Of a DNA stretch of 50,793 nucleotides, positions 8,538 through 18,746 are shown piece by piece. This stretch comes from a virus (lineage: Duplodnaviria > Caudoviricetes). The notes beneath the pieces are model-generated. The model did not search any database, had not been told where the DNA came from, and saw only the letters and a list, made by a program, of their open reading frames with translations. The stretch spans positions 1-50,793 of the IMG/VR virus record IMGVR_UViG_3300036444_000012; one strand, written 5' to 3'. Each line of letters begins with the position of its first letter. The stretch's first letter is position 1. Position numbers and translations under genes: made by a program.

Positions 8538-9053
8538 TTACGCCAGCAGAGCCGAACGGATGGCGCTAGTCTGGTTAGCGCCGCCAATAGAAACGGAAAA
8601 CGGATCCGCTTCGATCAGTACGCTGCCATCAACCTCCAGCTTGTAGTAGCGAAGCGTGATCGAAAAATCGTTCTCACCAGCCTCGCCTGGCTTCCAGGTG
8701 CCGTGGTCATTTTTCATCAATCGGCCACGGATGTAGGCGGTCGCGTTGATGATGGTGCCATCCTCATGCGCGAGAGCACCCGTCACCATGAATTCTCGTT
8801 CCTGACCAACTTTCAGCCCAAACAGGCTGATCACCTGAGGATCAAAGCCGGTCAGCTTGAACGACGCCTCGAGCTTCTCATACCCCATCGGAATATCGAT
8901 CGGCATGACCATGCCAGCATTGCGGAGCTCCTCCATCTTCTCGGTCGGCACCGGAAGTGTGATCTCGCTGGCCTGGCCGATCTTGGAGACGCGATCGGTG
9001 AAGATCGTGCAGTTGCGCAGGATATAGCGCGGCATATCGGAATTGGACGCCAT
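8538..9053 (-). CDS. Major tail tube protein (P2 FII family)
   Basis: EELRNAGM..PIDIPMG.EKLE; YYKLEVDG..LIEAD. Confidence 0.95.
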   Translation of the reverse strand: MASNSDMPRYILRNCTIFTDRVSKIGQASEITLPVPTEKMEELRNAGMVMPIDIPMGYEKLEASFKLTGFDPQVISLFGLKVGQEREFMVTGALAHEDGTIINATAYIRGRLMKNDHGTWKPGEAGENDFSITLRYYKLEVDGSVLIEADPFSVSIGGANQTSAIRSALLA

Positions 9054-9105
9054 GATGGTCGCCTTTCAGAATTCGAAGGGTTGCGTGGAGGTGAAACTGA
9101 CCGCG

Positions 9106-10542
9106 CTAGGCGGCCAGCGATCCGCTGCCGATCTCCTGCGCGACCTGGTTGAGCAGGAGCGTGTAGGAGGCGATATTGCGGTAGGACGTGATGCGGATGT
9201 CGACCATCGGCGCCGGCGGTTCGAACTTCACGCCAAGTTTCACGATACCCTGCGCCAGTTCAGTCTCGGTATTGCTGTCGAGCAGCCACACATCATGGCC
9301 GGGAAGGATTGCGCCTTCCAGCTCCATGGTACGCAGGAAGGCCCGGCCCGCCTCGATCATGAACTTGAGGTTCGCCTTGGTGAACGGCCGGTCGACGAAC
9401 TCCAGGTAGGCCGATTCCAGCGCCTCGTTGATCACGTCGGCGGTGCGTCGAACCGACACGAACTGCCACAACAGATCGCTGTCGCAAGTCCAAACGCCCC
9501 ACAGACGGTAGCCCGTGTTGTCGATGTTAACGATCGTGTTGATCCGGTTCTCGTTGAGAAAGTCGGACTGGGCCCCATACTCGATCGGGCGGTTGACACC
9601 GACGATGCCGGCAGCCTCGACGTTCGAACCGGCCCACCAGAAGCCCTGCTCAAGGTCCATCTTGGCTTGTCGCGCAGCCCACAATGGCGAGGAAGGTCGA
9701 GGCATATTGAGTAATGAAACGGTGTCGAATTTCAGCACCTTCGGATCGCAGGCGAAGATGCGTCCGGAATTGATCTTACCGCGATACTGCACCGCAGCCT
9801 GATCGGTCGTATCAGGCCCGTCCACATAGGCAATGGCCTTCAGCGCCTCGGCTACACCCATCAGTTCAGCCACGACCGGATTGATGGTCGCGCCAACGGC
9901 AGCCGTTGCTGTGGCATCCTTCGCCCCCGCCTTGCCGGTGATGGTGACGGCAGGGGCAGACGTGTATCCGTAGCCCGCCTTGGTCACCAGAATGGCCGTT
10001 ACGACGCCGGCGCTCACGACAGCCCGCGCCTCGGCTCCGCTACCACCGCCGCCTGTGATGGCAACGGTCGTGGTGTCCTGGTCATAGCCGGTACCGCCGA
10101 CGGTCACTGCGATCGAGGCGATACCATCCGCAGCGTTGGCCTGCGTGAAGCCAGGAGCGCATAGCAGCTTCGGCTTGTAGAGACCGTCCGAACGAGCGCG
10201 GCGGAATGCATGAACCCCGGTGAAGCTGATCGAACTGCCGATCAGGTTTGCCCAGGTTGCCGGCATCGTCGCACCTTCCTCGACGCGCACCAGGATGATC
10301 GGGCATCCGACCTGGTCGAAGATCGTGTCGATTGCGTCCTGCAGCGTGCCCGCAGCACCGAGACCGTCGGCATCGGACGGACGCAGGATCTGGATAGGCT
10401 TGTTGAGCGGGAACTTCACCGCATCAGCATCCTCGGCCGTGCCGATCAGGCCGATGACAGCCGTCTGGGCAGTGCGAACAAGAACAGGAGTTTCGGCGGA
10501 CTGAAAAACGCGCGTGCCGTGGTGGAAGGACACAGAAGCCAT
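9106..10542 (-). CDS. Tail sheath protein (P2 FI family) with inserted domain
   Basis: FHHGTRV...[10 protein letters not shown]; GYRLWG; FVSVRRTAD. Confidence 0.95.
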   Translation of the reverse strand: MASVSFHHGTRVFQSAETPVLVRTAQTAVIGLIGTAEDADAVKFPLNKPIQILRPSDADGLGAAGTLQDAIDTIFDQVGCPIILVRVEEGATMPATWANLIGSSISFTGVHAFRRARSDGLYKPKLLCAPGFTQANAADGIASIAVTVGGTGYDQDTTTVAITGGGGSGAEARAVVSAGVVTAILVTKAGYGYTSAPAVTITGKAGAKDATATAAVGATINPVVAELMGVAEALKAIAYVDGPDTTDQAAVQYRGKINSGRIFACDPKVLKFDTVSLLNMPRPSSPLWAARQAKMDLEQGFWWAGSNVEAAGIVGVNRPIEYGAQSDFLNENRINTIVNIDNTGYRLWGVWTCDSDLLWQFVSVRRTADVINEALESAYLEFVDRPFTKANLKFMIEAGRAFLRTMELEGAILPGHDVWLLDSNTETELAQGIVKLGVKFEPPAPMVDIRITSYRNIASYTLLLNQVAQEIGSGSLAA

Positions 10543-10602
10543 TGAGGCTCTCCTTTCGAAATGGCCGCGAAGGCCGGTTAGATTGTCAGGTGAAAAAGGC
10601 GA

Positions 10603-11166
10603 TCAGCCCGGCCAGTCGGCCGCGTCGATTTCAGCAGTCGTCGTGATAGCGCCCACCTCGATCTGCGCGAGCACGACGGCTTCGGCCGCGAAGCAGGCGT
10701 CGACATGGGCAAGAACGGCATCGCTAATGGCTATGACCGCGGCGGCATTTATCGTGGCGAAGCCCGCTGGCGTCTTCCACTCGGTTGTGAAGTTCGGGTC
10801 GCCGTCTGCCTTAACCCGCGCGCCGATGATCATTATTTTCGAGCGATCGTCAGTTGCGACCGGAACGCCGCCCACGGTGATGCCACTCGTCTCAATTCTC
10901 CAACGCTTATCCGCGGCGAAGCTCGCAAGTTGGTCCTTCAGTGGCACCGGCCACAGCGCCAGACCATATGGTTGAAGGACTGCAGCGAGGGCTGCTTCGG
11001 TCTGAGTACCGGTTTCGTCACTTGGCCACTTGGTCGGGCGATTTCCCAAGCCAATCCACGCTAGGTATAGCTCGTCATCCTCACTGTTCTCGACCGTTGC
11101 CTGCCTCGCAGACCCATACAAGCGCCCATCATCTGCAAGCCAGTACCAATTGGTGGCATCAAACAT
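10603..11166 (-). CDS. Tail fibre assembly-like protein (DUF4376-like)
   Basis: RWRIETSGITVGG..VATDDRS; HVDACFAAE; follows the fibre gene. Confidence 0.8.
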   Translation of the reverse strand: MFDATNWYWLADDGRLYGSARQATVENSEDDELYLAWIGLGNRPTKWPSDETGTQTEAALAAVLQPYGLALWPVPLKDQLASFAADKRWRIETSGITVGGVPVATDDRSKIMIIGARVKADGDPNFTTEWKTPAGFATINAAAVIAISDAVLAHVDACFAAEAVVLAQIEVGAITTTAEIDAADWPG

Positions 11167-12973
11167 ACTGTCCTCCCGTATCTTTGGTCCCTGCTATCGA
11201 GCCCGGGATGAAGTTTTCGCCGCCACCTGCAGTGCTGATCACGCCGTTCAGGTCGACCCTATAGCGCTTGCCTATGGCAGAGCCGCTGGTCGACCCGTTG
11301 CCCAATTCGACAGTTCCACCCGTCGTGGCAAACACCACCGCGTCGTTGTAGTTGTAGTTTGCAATGCTGAAGTAGAGGCCAGAACCGGTAGCCATATAAA
11401 CGCCGCCGCCGCCTGAAACGTGGATCGCGCGCCGCGCATTGGACGTGAACGAAACGGAATTTGCACCACCAAGCACTGTGACTTGGCCTCCAGCCGCGAG
11501 AATGTGCGACCACGTGGTTTGGCCAACACCGCCGAAGGTAACATTCGTAAGGTTCACACTGCCATTGGCGCCGGAAGTCAAAGTATGCTGAGTTGGCACA
11601 CCGGTGAGCGACAATGTTAGGCCCTTGAGATCCACCGTCGCGCCAGAAACGCCCATGCCGCCAGGGCCTTCAAGTATATAGGCGCCCTGATTGGCTACAT
11701 CACCCTCGATTGTCAGGCCTGCCGGAATGTTGCCGATCTGGGCAAACGCATAGGTACCCGCAGCCAACTTGAATGTGATCGGCCTGCCAGGAACACCGTA
11801 GCGATTGCGAATGTAGGCAAGCGCGCCCGCCAGTGTCTTGAACGCGTGTGCCGCATCGTTGGCACTGCCGTCATTATTGTCGTTGCCGTCGGGCCGAATG
11901 TAGAATGTCGAACTCGCAAGCAGGGACCGCGTGTAGTTCTTGAGCCATTTGGCCTGCACCACAAAGTCACCGACCGCATCCTTCACGTCCTGCTCAGTGG
12001 CGAGCTGTACGCGACCAGGCATTGTGGTGGTAGCGGCGTCTTCGATCCATAATACGCCAGTAAAGACGAGGAAGACCGGTCGTGTGCCGGCCCAATATTG
12101 TACCATCATCCCTGCGAGAGGAGTGTCGAAAGCCCAAGCGCCATTGCGCCAAACTGCAAGTTTTTGCTCTTGGCCGGCCCAGGCCCCCGCTGCCGACGTA
12201 TAGACGACGTAGCAATCGCCTTCCGCTGGGAGACCAGCCGGAGGATCACTTCTCCAGCCTGATACGACTATATCGCTGCGCACGAAAGGGTTGTGATAGG
12301 TGCCCGCGCGGCGAACGAACTGACGGCCATCAGGCAGCCCGATTCCATGACCATCAGGCGGCGAGATTATTGCCCATCCAGCAACCCCGAACTCAGCGAT
12401 CTTCCCAGCTTGCCCGGCCCAGACACCCGTTGGCGCGGCCGGAATAAGATAAGTGTCACCAATAGCCGGCCCCGCCGGAGGCGCCGCCAAAGTCATCGAC
12501 TTTACGGGGACCCACGGCAACCTCGTAAGCCGCTGCAGCGCGACTTGCATGGAAGGATCAATCTTGATCGTGACATTTGCCACGTCCGAGAATGCCACCT
12601 CAAGCCGAATCATTCCCTCCACGGTCTGGCCGCTGTCAGGTGTGGGCTTGCTGATCGGTGGGTCATATTTAGCAATAGCAATCAGATCGCCATCGATATC
12701 GATCAGACCGGCCTCGCGAATGGTATAAGGCCCATCTGCTGCGGCGAGAAAACAGTCGAAATAGGCAACGTTCATTGCGCCAACGACTGTGCCGTGACCA
12801 CTGATCGTCTTGCGCGCCACTTCGTGATAGAGCGCCGTCTCGCCACCACTCGGCACAGTCGTGCCGTCACCAATGGCGATGTGCGTTATCTGGATCGTCG
12901 TGCCGTTGGCGAGGGCAGCCGCTTCCTTTGCGCGGCCGGTATTCGTCATCAGGGCGAATGAAGTCTGTGCCAT
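11159..12973 (-). CDS. Tail fibre protein (gpH-like N-terminus, two DUF2793-like repeats, beta-helix-like C-terminus)
   Basis: TNTGRAKEAAA..ITHIAIGDG..GPYTIREAGL; two PP..P..GD.Y....GAWAGQ repeats; FYIRPDGNDNNDG. Confidence 0.9.
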   Translation of the reverse strand: MAQTSFALMTNTGRAKEAAALANGTTIQITHIAIGDGTTVPSGGETALYHEVARKTISGHGTVVGAMNVAYFDCFLAAADGPYTIREAGLIDIDGDLIAIAKYDPPISKPTPDSGQTVEGMIRLEVAFSDVANVTIKIDPSMQVALQRLTRLPWVPVKSMTLAAPPAGPAIGDTYLIPAAPTGVWAGQAGKIAEFGVAGWAIISPPDGHGIGLPDGRQFVRRAGTYHNPFVRSDIVVSGWRSDPPAGLPAEGDCYVVYTSAAGAWAGQEQKLAVWRNGAWAFDTPLAGMMVQYWAGTRPVFLVFTGVLWIEDAATTTMPGRVQLATEQDVKDAVGDFVVQAKWLKNYTRSLLASSTFYIRPDGNDNNDGSANDAAHAFKTLAGALAYIRNRYGVPGRPITFKLAAGTYAFAQIGNIPAGLTIEGDVANQGAYILEGPGGMGVSGATVDLKGLTLSLTGVPTQHTLTSGANGSVNLTNVTFGGVGQTTWSHILAAGGQVTVLGGANSVSFTSNARRAIHVSGGGGVYMATGSGLYFSIANYNYNDAVVFATTGGTVELGNGSTSGSAIGKRYRVDLNGVISTAGGGENFIPGSIAGTKDTGGQYV

Positions 12974-12974
12974 T

Positions 12975-13637
12975 TCATGCAGCCTTTGGATGTGCGGTTG
13001 CGGACATGATCAGCGCTGCTGTTGCGCCAACGAAATTGGTGGCGCGCAGGACAGACGGCTCGAAAGCAAACGGATGAGCAGTCGCCGAGAGCGCTGTCTG
13101 GGCAAAGGCGCCGACATAGACAGGCCCACGCGCCTGCAGGACTGCACGGGTCGCGAAGACGCGCGACTTGGGCTTTGCGGCATCAACCGACTGGATCGCA
13201 AAACCTTGCGTCGGAAGATCGAAGACAGGGCCACCGTTGCGGTAGACGATCTCGACGCGAAACGTGCCGCGGCGCGATCCATCTTCCCACCACTCGATCA
13301 CTCTTGTTTCGAGGTCGAACGCCGCAAGTGCGCGCCGCACTGCGCCAAGCGTGCCCTTCAGCCTGTGAACCATCGGAGAGGCCGCGATCACGGCCCGCTT
13401 CGTTGCTTCCGACCAGTCATTCGACCAAACATCGACAGACACACCCTGCGCCAGCCACGGTAGCAGCACAGCCGGACACGTCACCGGGTTCCAAATGGTG
13501 ACAATCACAGTTGGATCGACGATGGCGATGCGCGCGAGCTCGGCCGAGAGTACCGCCCTTTCAATCGCCGACGCGGACTTCGGCAGGATTGCCCGGGCGA
13601 TCGGCTCGACAGCGTCGATCGCTTCGACCGGCGTCAT
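12975..13637 (-). CDS. Tail protein I (P2 gpI family)
   Basis: WNP.TCP..LLPWLA...SVD.W; HRLKGT; ATGA overlap with gpJ. Confidence 0.93.
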   Translation of the reverse strand: MTPVEAIDAVEPIARAILPKSASAIERAVLSAELARIAIVDPTVIVTIWNPVTCPAVLLPWLAQGVSVDVWSNDWSEATKRAVIAASPMVHRLKGTLGAVRRALAAFDLETRVIEWWEDGSRRGTFRVEIVYRNGGPVFDLPTQGFAIQSVDAAKPKSRVFATRAVLQARGPVYVGAFAQTALSATAHPFAFEPSVLRATNFVGATAALIMSATAHPKAA

Positions 13638-14683
13638 GACCAAGATCCTTCGATCTGGACTGTCGTGACCGTGACGGTACCGACCTGGCCAACGCCTTTC
13701 GGCCCCGGTACGATATCAGCCACCGGCTTCACAACGTCGATCGTCACCCGGTTATCCACGGCGGCGCGGCCGCCGATGACTTCCCGCTGTATTTCCAGAC
13801 CAATCCGCCGACGATCTGCGGCATAGGCCTCGAGACGCTTCTTGGCTTCAGTCGCCATCGCCGAAGCATCGGCGCCAGGGGCGTAATACAGCTTGACCTC
13901 GATATCATAGTTCGTGACGGCCGCCGCCTCGATCCGGACATTGTCGCCAATCGGGCGAACTTCCTCTGCCGTGCACGCAAGGAAGACACGATCGAGCAAG
14001 GCCTGGTTTGCCGCTCCATAAGAGAGTGTCGAGAGAACGACGATCAGAATTTCCGGAGCCATCACCGGGTTGCCATTGGCCCGGCCGGGAAACGGGTTCG
14101 GGATCAGCCCCATGGAATAGGCGTCGGCGTGCAACGTGTTCGAATAGGTCGCCGCGTCTTCCTCCGAATAGACAACCGCGTCCGCCACATCGCGCACACC
14201 ATCCAGTTCCAAGGCGTGGAAGACGTAGGCACCCTCCGGACCGGCAGTGGAAAACGCCTCGAACGCAAGCACGATACGTGCACGGAACAGTGAGTCGGTC
14301 TCAACCCATTTGCCCAATGCTGCATCCCATTGGGAATTCGGCGGTTGATCATCGTCCTCGTTCGGATAGATCAACCGTCCGATGCCGGCATAGGTGGCAC
14401 CGATATGATCAAGATCGCCGCCAATTGCTGTCGCTAGCGAAAGGCCTCGAATAGCCTCGTTCACACGCTGACGGAACAGCGTTTCCTGATAGCCTCCTCC
14501 TTCCGAATAGGCGATGACGAGCGGATCCGTTTCCAGCTTGGTCAGGTCGAAGGCGATGCCGAACTTGGCGAGAGCAGCGACCAGATAGTCGTCACGCCCC
14601 GCCTTGATCGCCTCGAAGTCCACCGGAACGACCTGCGGCACGTCGCCGAGGACCGACAGGTCCGGCGCTACGAAACGGCTCAT
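13634..14683 (-). CDS. Baseplate assembly protein J
   Basis: ATAIGGDLDHIGA; FSTAGPEGAYVFHAL; VRPIGD. Confidence 0.93.
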   Translation of the reverse strand: MSRFVAPDLSVLGDVPQVVPVDFEAIKAGRDDYLVAALAKFGIAFDLTKLETDPLVIAYSEGGGYQETLFRQRVNEAIRGLSLATAIGGDLDHIGATYAGIGRLIYPNEDDDQPPNSQWDAALGKWVETDSLFRARIVLAFEAFSTAGPEGAYVFHALELDGVRDVADAVVYSEEDAATYSNTLHADAYSMGLIPNPFPGRANGNPVMAPEILIVVLSTLSYGAANQALLDRVFLACTAEEVRPIGDNVRIEAAAVTNYDIEVKLYYAPGADASAMATEAKKRLEAYAADRRRIGLEIQREVIGGRAAVDNRVTIDVVKPVADIVPGPKGVGQVGTVTVTTVQIEGSWS

Positions 14684-15060
14684 GATGGCCTCACCAATGG
14701 AATGATGACTCTCCGCTCGCCTTCATCGGGCGTGAAGTCGCCCAGATGACCGCGCGGGTAATAAATGCCGGTAAACTCGATCGACAGCGAACCGTCGGCG
14801 GCCATGCTGGTGATGTTGCAACCGGTCACCGCGTAGCGCGGTTCCCAGCGGGCGATCGCCATGACGGCCGCCGAATAGATCGCCAGGATGACCTGGTCGT
14901 TCATCGGCCGGTCGATCAGGTCAAAAAGTTCCGACCCGAATTCCCGCCGCATCACGCGGCTGCCGATCGGCGTCGACAGAATGACGCCGATCGACTGCTG
15001 GACGTGCTCGAAGCCGGACAGCAGCGAACCGGCATCGCGGTTGAAGCCGGTTCCCGCCAC
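14680..15060 (-). CDS. Baseplate wedge protein W (gpW/gp25 family)
   Basis: HVQQSIGVILSTPIGSRVMRREFGS; RWEPR. Confidence 0.93.
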   Translation of the reverse strand: MAGTGFNRDAGSLLSGFEHVQQSIGVILSTPIGSRVMRREFGSELFDLIDRPMNDQVILAIYSAAVMAIARWEPRYAVTGCNITSMAADGSLSIEFTGIYYPRGHLGDFTPDEGERRVIIPLVRPS

Positions 15061-15062
15061 GA

Positions 15063-15242
15063 TCAGCCGGCCTTTTTCTCTTCAGCCTTCGGCGCGGCGC
15101 GCTTGGCATCCGGCAAGGAAAGCTGGGCGCCATAGGGGGGCAAGAACTGCCTTGCCACGGCGTCGGGCATATCCTGCGGCTTGTCGCCTGCTTCGAACCA
15201 AGTGCCAGCGTAGAAGCCCGCTTCGTTGACGATGACCTTCAT
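15063..15242 (-). CDS. Small baseplate-region protein (59 aa; absent from the ORF track)
   Basis: RBS GAAGGAG; MKVIVNEAGFYAGTWFEAG...KKAG; fills the PAAR-gpW gap. Confidence 0.75.
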   Translation of the reverse strand: MKVIVNEAGFYAGTWFEAGDKPQDMPDAVARQFLPPYGAQLSLPDAKRAAPKAEEKKAG

Positions 15243-15255
15243 TTTCGTCTCCTTC

Positions 15256-15519
15256 TCAAACGCACACCCATTTGGACGCGCCTGAAATCAACGACGCACC
15301 GCAGCCGGTTGTGTCGCCCTGGCGCGCGATGGGCGCGCCTTCACATTTGTATTTTCCCGAACCGGTGGCGATGGCTGTCACACCGTGACCGGGGATCGGA
15401 CAGGAATGGAGATCGCCCTTGCGAGCAATCAGCGGACCTTCACACGTCCACTTCGAGGCGGACGAAATGACAGTTCCGCCATGGTCGGAACTGTCACCCA
15501 AACGGACGATCAGAGGCAT
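15256..15519 (-). CDS. PAAR-domain spike tip protein
   Basis: RLGD..DHGG, IARKGD.H.CP..GHG, PIARQGD..GCG. Confidence 0.92.
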   Translation of the reverse strand: MPLIVRLGDSSDHGGTVISSASKWTCEGPLIARKGDLHSCPIPGHGVTAIATGSGKYKCEGAPIARQGDTTGCGASLISGASKWVCV

Positions 15520-15959
15520 CAGGCAAGGTGTCCGGTTGCTGCAGTGTAGGTGATGGACGGAGCGTCGATCTTGACCTCACCATCGCTGATGAACAGGCGA
15601 ACGCTGCCCTTCGTGATGACCGCGTCCGGCCCGTTGTGCGGGCGTGGGTTGGCATCGCTCGGTGTCGACATGTCGATCACGGCGTCGGTCATGTCGCCGC
15701 TCTCGGAAACCAGGTCTACCTGTTCGCCGACGGTCGGCGGGATATGGCTCTTGATGCCTCCAGACGCGACTTCCTTCCATGGCACCCATGGCGACAGGTA
15801 AGGGCCGTCCTCACCCTCGCTGATCTTCACCCGCGCCAGACCCTTCGCATTGTCGACTTCGCTGATGACACCGGTCCGCTTGCGATTCCTCGCGCGGCGG
15901 CTCAGTTCGGCGACTTGGCGTTCAAGCTCGACGATGCGGTCAATGAAACTGAACGACAT
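15519..15959 (-). CDS. Baseplate spike protein V
   Basis: TGVISEVD...ARV...SPWVPW...PPTVGEQV; short C-terminal beta region. Confidence 0.9.
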   Translation of the reverse strand: MSFSFIDRIVELERQVAELSRRARNRKRTGVISEVDNAKGLARVKISEGEDGPYLSPWVPWKEVASGGIKSHIPPTVGEQVDLVSESGDMTDAVIDMSTPSDANPRPHNGPDAVITKGSVRLFISDGEVKIDAPSITYTAATGHLA

Positions 15960-15960
15960 G

Positions 15961-16737
15961 CTAAGCTCGTTCGCTTGTGACAGATGTGACGTCTGGCTCT
16001 GTTGTCTCTCCGGGCTCGACAGCGATGTCGAACAGCGCTCTAGCCTCATCGAGCGTCATGCCGAACCGGCGGCGCTGCGCTTCGTGTTCTAGGACACCGT
16101 CGGGATCGCCGATCAGCGAGAGGACCATCTCCCGCTGGGGATGATTGGTGGCCTCCATCTGAGCGAGGAGCTTTGTCCAGATGGACGTTGCAGCAACCGG
16201 TTCACCGAACACAGGATCCGGTAGCAGGTCGGTATTCACGACGATCTGATGCGCAGCGATCCTGACGCCTGTCGCATCCGAAGCGCGCCGCCGTTCCACC
16301 CGGTTAATTCCCGACGAAAGACCGCGCCAGACTTCAGCCCAGGCGTTACGAGGGTCGGTCAAGGCGTTCACTACCTGCCGACCGATGCAGTCGAGATAAA
16401 ACTCCATGGCCGGATCGGTGACCGGGATGCCGAGACCGACGATAACCGTTTCACCAGTCTCCGGGTGAAGTTCGGTCATTGAAGCGGCAATACCCACTTC
16501 AATTGTCAAATCCGTCGCTCCGGACCGATGAAGAGCCCGAAGATGATCCTGCTGCCCATCGGCCTTGCTGACATCGGTGTAGACGGCGATAAAGGGCTGG
16601 TCACGGTCGGTGCGGATGCTGCCGTCGGCGGCAACGTCAAGCGCGCCAATCTGGCTATCGAGAACATTTGCCCCAACGAAGGTTCTGCCCTTCAGAGCTT
16701 CGATCGCTGCAATGCGCTGCGCCAGCCGAGCCAGCAT
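15961..16737 (-). CDS. Neck/tail-completion protein (putative tail terminator)
   Basis: Position between head closure and gpV; PFIAVYTD motif; overlaps upstream stop. Confidence 0.65.
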   Translation of the reverse strand: MLARLAQRIAAIEALKGRTFVGANVLDSQIGALDVAADGSIRTDRDQPFIAVYTDVSKADGQQDHLRALHRSGATDLTIEVGIAASMTELHPETGETVIVGLGIPVTDPAMEFYLDCIGRQVVNALTDPRNAWAEVWRGLSSGINRVERRRASDATGVRIAAHQIVVNTDLLPDPVFGEPVAATSIWTKLLAQMEATNHPQREMVLSLIGDPDGVLEHEAQRRRFGMTLDEARALFDIAVEPGETTEPDVTSVTSERA

Positions 16738-17120
16738 CAGACCTCTCCGAGCTGAAGGACAAGACGCGAGAGGCCTCGATCTTCGACTGCCAGAACCTCT
16801 GACCAGGGCTCGCCTGGGCGAGCCAGTGCTTTGACCTTGTCACCCTGCCTCACGACAATGCTCGGATACTTCGCCCGATCGATGTGAAGCTCGCCGCGCT
16901 GCGCGGCGATGCGACTGCGCCAATCCTTGTCGGAGCGGTTGCCAGACACCATCGTCTCCTTGCCGCCGCCCGTTCGCAGCACGGCCTCGATCTCGATCGC
17001 CTGGCGCGACGGATCAAGCGCCCCGTCCTTGAAAAAGGACAGGCGAACAGGCTCTGCGAACGCGCGATCTACGGCAGCGAGCGTGCGATCGCGCAGAGCA
17101 TGAAAACGAGCCGGAAGCAT
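16737..17120 (-). CDS. Putative head closure/head-tail joining protein
   Basis: Position; VDRAFAEPV start; small beta-rich size. Confidence 0.65.
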   Translation of the reverse strand: MLPARFHALRDRTLAAVDRAFAEPVRLSFFKDGALDPSRQAIEIEAVLRTGGGKETMVSGNRSDKDWRSRIAAQRGELHIDRAKYPSIVVRQGDKVKALARPGEPWSEVLAVEDRGLSRLVLQLGEV

Positions 17121-17128
17121 AGGCGCGA

Positions 17129-17602
17129 TCAGCTGTTGCCGTTCTTGGCGGCTTGCTTGGCCGCGTCCTCGCGAGCGAGCAGGTCCGCTTCCGACTTGCT
17201 GACAGCCGCCTCACGATCCGCCAGCGCGGTTTCCGCAGTCTTCACCGCTTCTTCCCGGGCACCGACATCGGCAATCAGCTTTTCGAGCGCCTCGGTACGA
17301 ACCGCGAGATCACTCTCTGCAGTTTTCAAAGCCTCCTCCCGGGACGCGAGAACACTCGCGAACTTCTTGAGGTCCTCTTCGCGACCGTCGGCGGAGCCCT
17401 TCGTGCCAGTTGCAGGAGCCTTGGCTTTCGCCGGGTCGGCCTCATAGGCAAAGCGGTTGGCGACCATATGCTCGCCATAACTGCGCGGCACGCGCACGGC
17501 TTCGTGCGGCCCGACCTTGCGATCGTCCTTCTCCTTCAGCACGGACGCCGGGATGGAACCCCCGTTGGGGAATGCGATGTGCATGGTTTCGTTCTTGCTC
17601 AT
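17129..17602 (-). CDS. Coiled-coil protein downstream of the capsid gene
   Basis: RBS GAGGAG; 14-residue periodic R(E/T)(E/A/D)A repeats. Confidence 0.75.
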   Translation of the reverse strand: MSKNETMHIAFPNGGSIPASVLKEKDDRKVGPHEAVRVPRSYGEHMVANRFAYEADPAKAKAPATGTKGSADGREEDLKKFASVLASREEALKTAESDLAVRTEALEKLIADVGAREEAVKTAETALADREAAVSKSEADLLAREDAAKQAAKNGNS

Positions 17603-17657
17603 GGGAAGCTCCTCTTTCGAATCTGGCAAACCCTTGGGTGGCAAGGGCTTGCCGGAT

Positions 17658-17690
17658 ACGAAAAGGCCCCGTCATCGTGACGAGGCCCTT
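17658..17690 (-). terminator. Terminator after the major capsid gene
   Basis: GGCCTCGTCA-CGA-TGACGGGGCC-TTTT on the minus strand. Confidence 0.7.
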
Positions 17691-17723
17691 CGTTTGCCCG
17701 CTCGCGACTTGCGAAACGACCGG

Positions 17724-18737
17724 TCAGGTGAGGGTCAGCTTGCGCAGCGTCTTCGGCTTGGTGCAGAGGTTGATCGGGTTCATCTGCACCTCGATCTCAC
17801 GACCCTTGCCGTTCGGCTTCTTGTACTGGCGCATATAGAAAGGCAGGCCGATCGTGTTGACGGTCTCCTCATAGTCCGCCGGCGCAAAGCGCGTGATGAA
17901 CAGGTCGGGGACGCCCTTGACGACAACCCGCGCCTCATTGGCCGCGATGTACGGCGCACCCAAATTGGCGGTTGCCTTCGCTCCGGTCTTGTAGCGTTCC
18001 CAGGTTGCTCCTCCGAACTGGAAGGTGTCGGGCACGTCTTCGCGCAACACCGATGCGCCACCGTTGTACAGAAACGTTTCCCTGACAGACTTGTGTGTCC
18101 ACAAAGACTTGTGGAAGTCGCGGCCGGTCCAGACGTGAATGCCGGAATACGGCTCGTCGAGGTCGTCCTCGATCGAATAGACGACATCCTGCCAGAGAGA
18201 AGCGACCAGCGTCGTTTCAACATCCAGTTCCAGCGAGACAGCAGCCGGCACCGCAATGCCGAAGCGGTTGTAAAGATCGATCAGTGTCTTTCCACTCTTG
18301 GAGGTGACGATGCCCTTGATCGCGCCGACACGCAGATGCTCGAGCGTCATCGTCAGATCCTGCGCGTGGCGCTGACCCTTCCGTTCGACGCGTTCCTGGA
18401 TCGTCTCAAGCGTATCAGCCGATCCGAACGCGCGGACGTTCTGGACCTCATCCGCAAGCACAGAATCGTCGCGCTGGAAGTGGTCGATGTCGAACGGGAT
18501 GAGATTGCGATCCTCATCGTCAGTCGTTTCCCCTGCGCCACCGCGCTTTGTCGGCTCGACAAGACCAAGTTTGCCGTTGCGCTCTTCGATCGAGATACGC
18601 GTGGTTGGCACCCCTTCCTCTTCGAAGAGGCCGCTCGCAGAGATCTGACCGGGGCGATAAGGCTCATTGTTGATCGCCGCGGTCAGAGATTCGATGGTGA
18701 AGCCTTCACCATCCCAGATGTCTACCATTCCAGGCAT
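17724..18737 (-). CDS. Major capsid protein (lambda gpE-like family)
   Basis: SLTAAIN..PY.PG.I...GLF; FAPADY.ETVNT.GLPFY; QMNPINLCTKP. Confidence 0.95.
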   Translation of the reverse strand: MPGMVDIWDGEGFTIESLTAAINNEPYRPGQISASGLFEEEGVPTTRISIEERNGKLGLVEPTKRGGAGETTDDEDRNLIPFDIDHFQRDDSVLADEVQNVRAFGSADTLETIQERVERKGQRHAQDLTMTLEHLRVGAIKGIVTSKSGKTLIDLYNRFGIAVPAAVSLELDVETTLVASLWQDVVYSIEDDLDEPYSGIHVWTGRDFHKSLWTHKSVRETFLYNGGASVLREDVPDTFQFGGATWERYKTGAKATANLGAPYIAANEARVVVKGVPDLFITRFAPADYEETVNTIGLPFYMRQYKKPNGKGREIEVQMNPINLCTKPKTLRKLTLT

Positions 18738-18746
18738 GAAGCCCTC

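Noticed and set aside
11159-12973. Diversity-generating retroelement or invertible tail-fibre cassette
   Set aside because: No reverse transcriptase, invertase or near-identical template repeat seen in the window
15256-15519. PAAR as evidence of a type VI secretion system or tailocin
   Set aside because: Embedded in a phage tail operon with full head and packaging genes; no T6SS membrane complex
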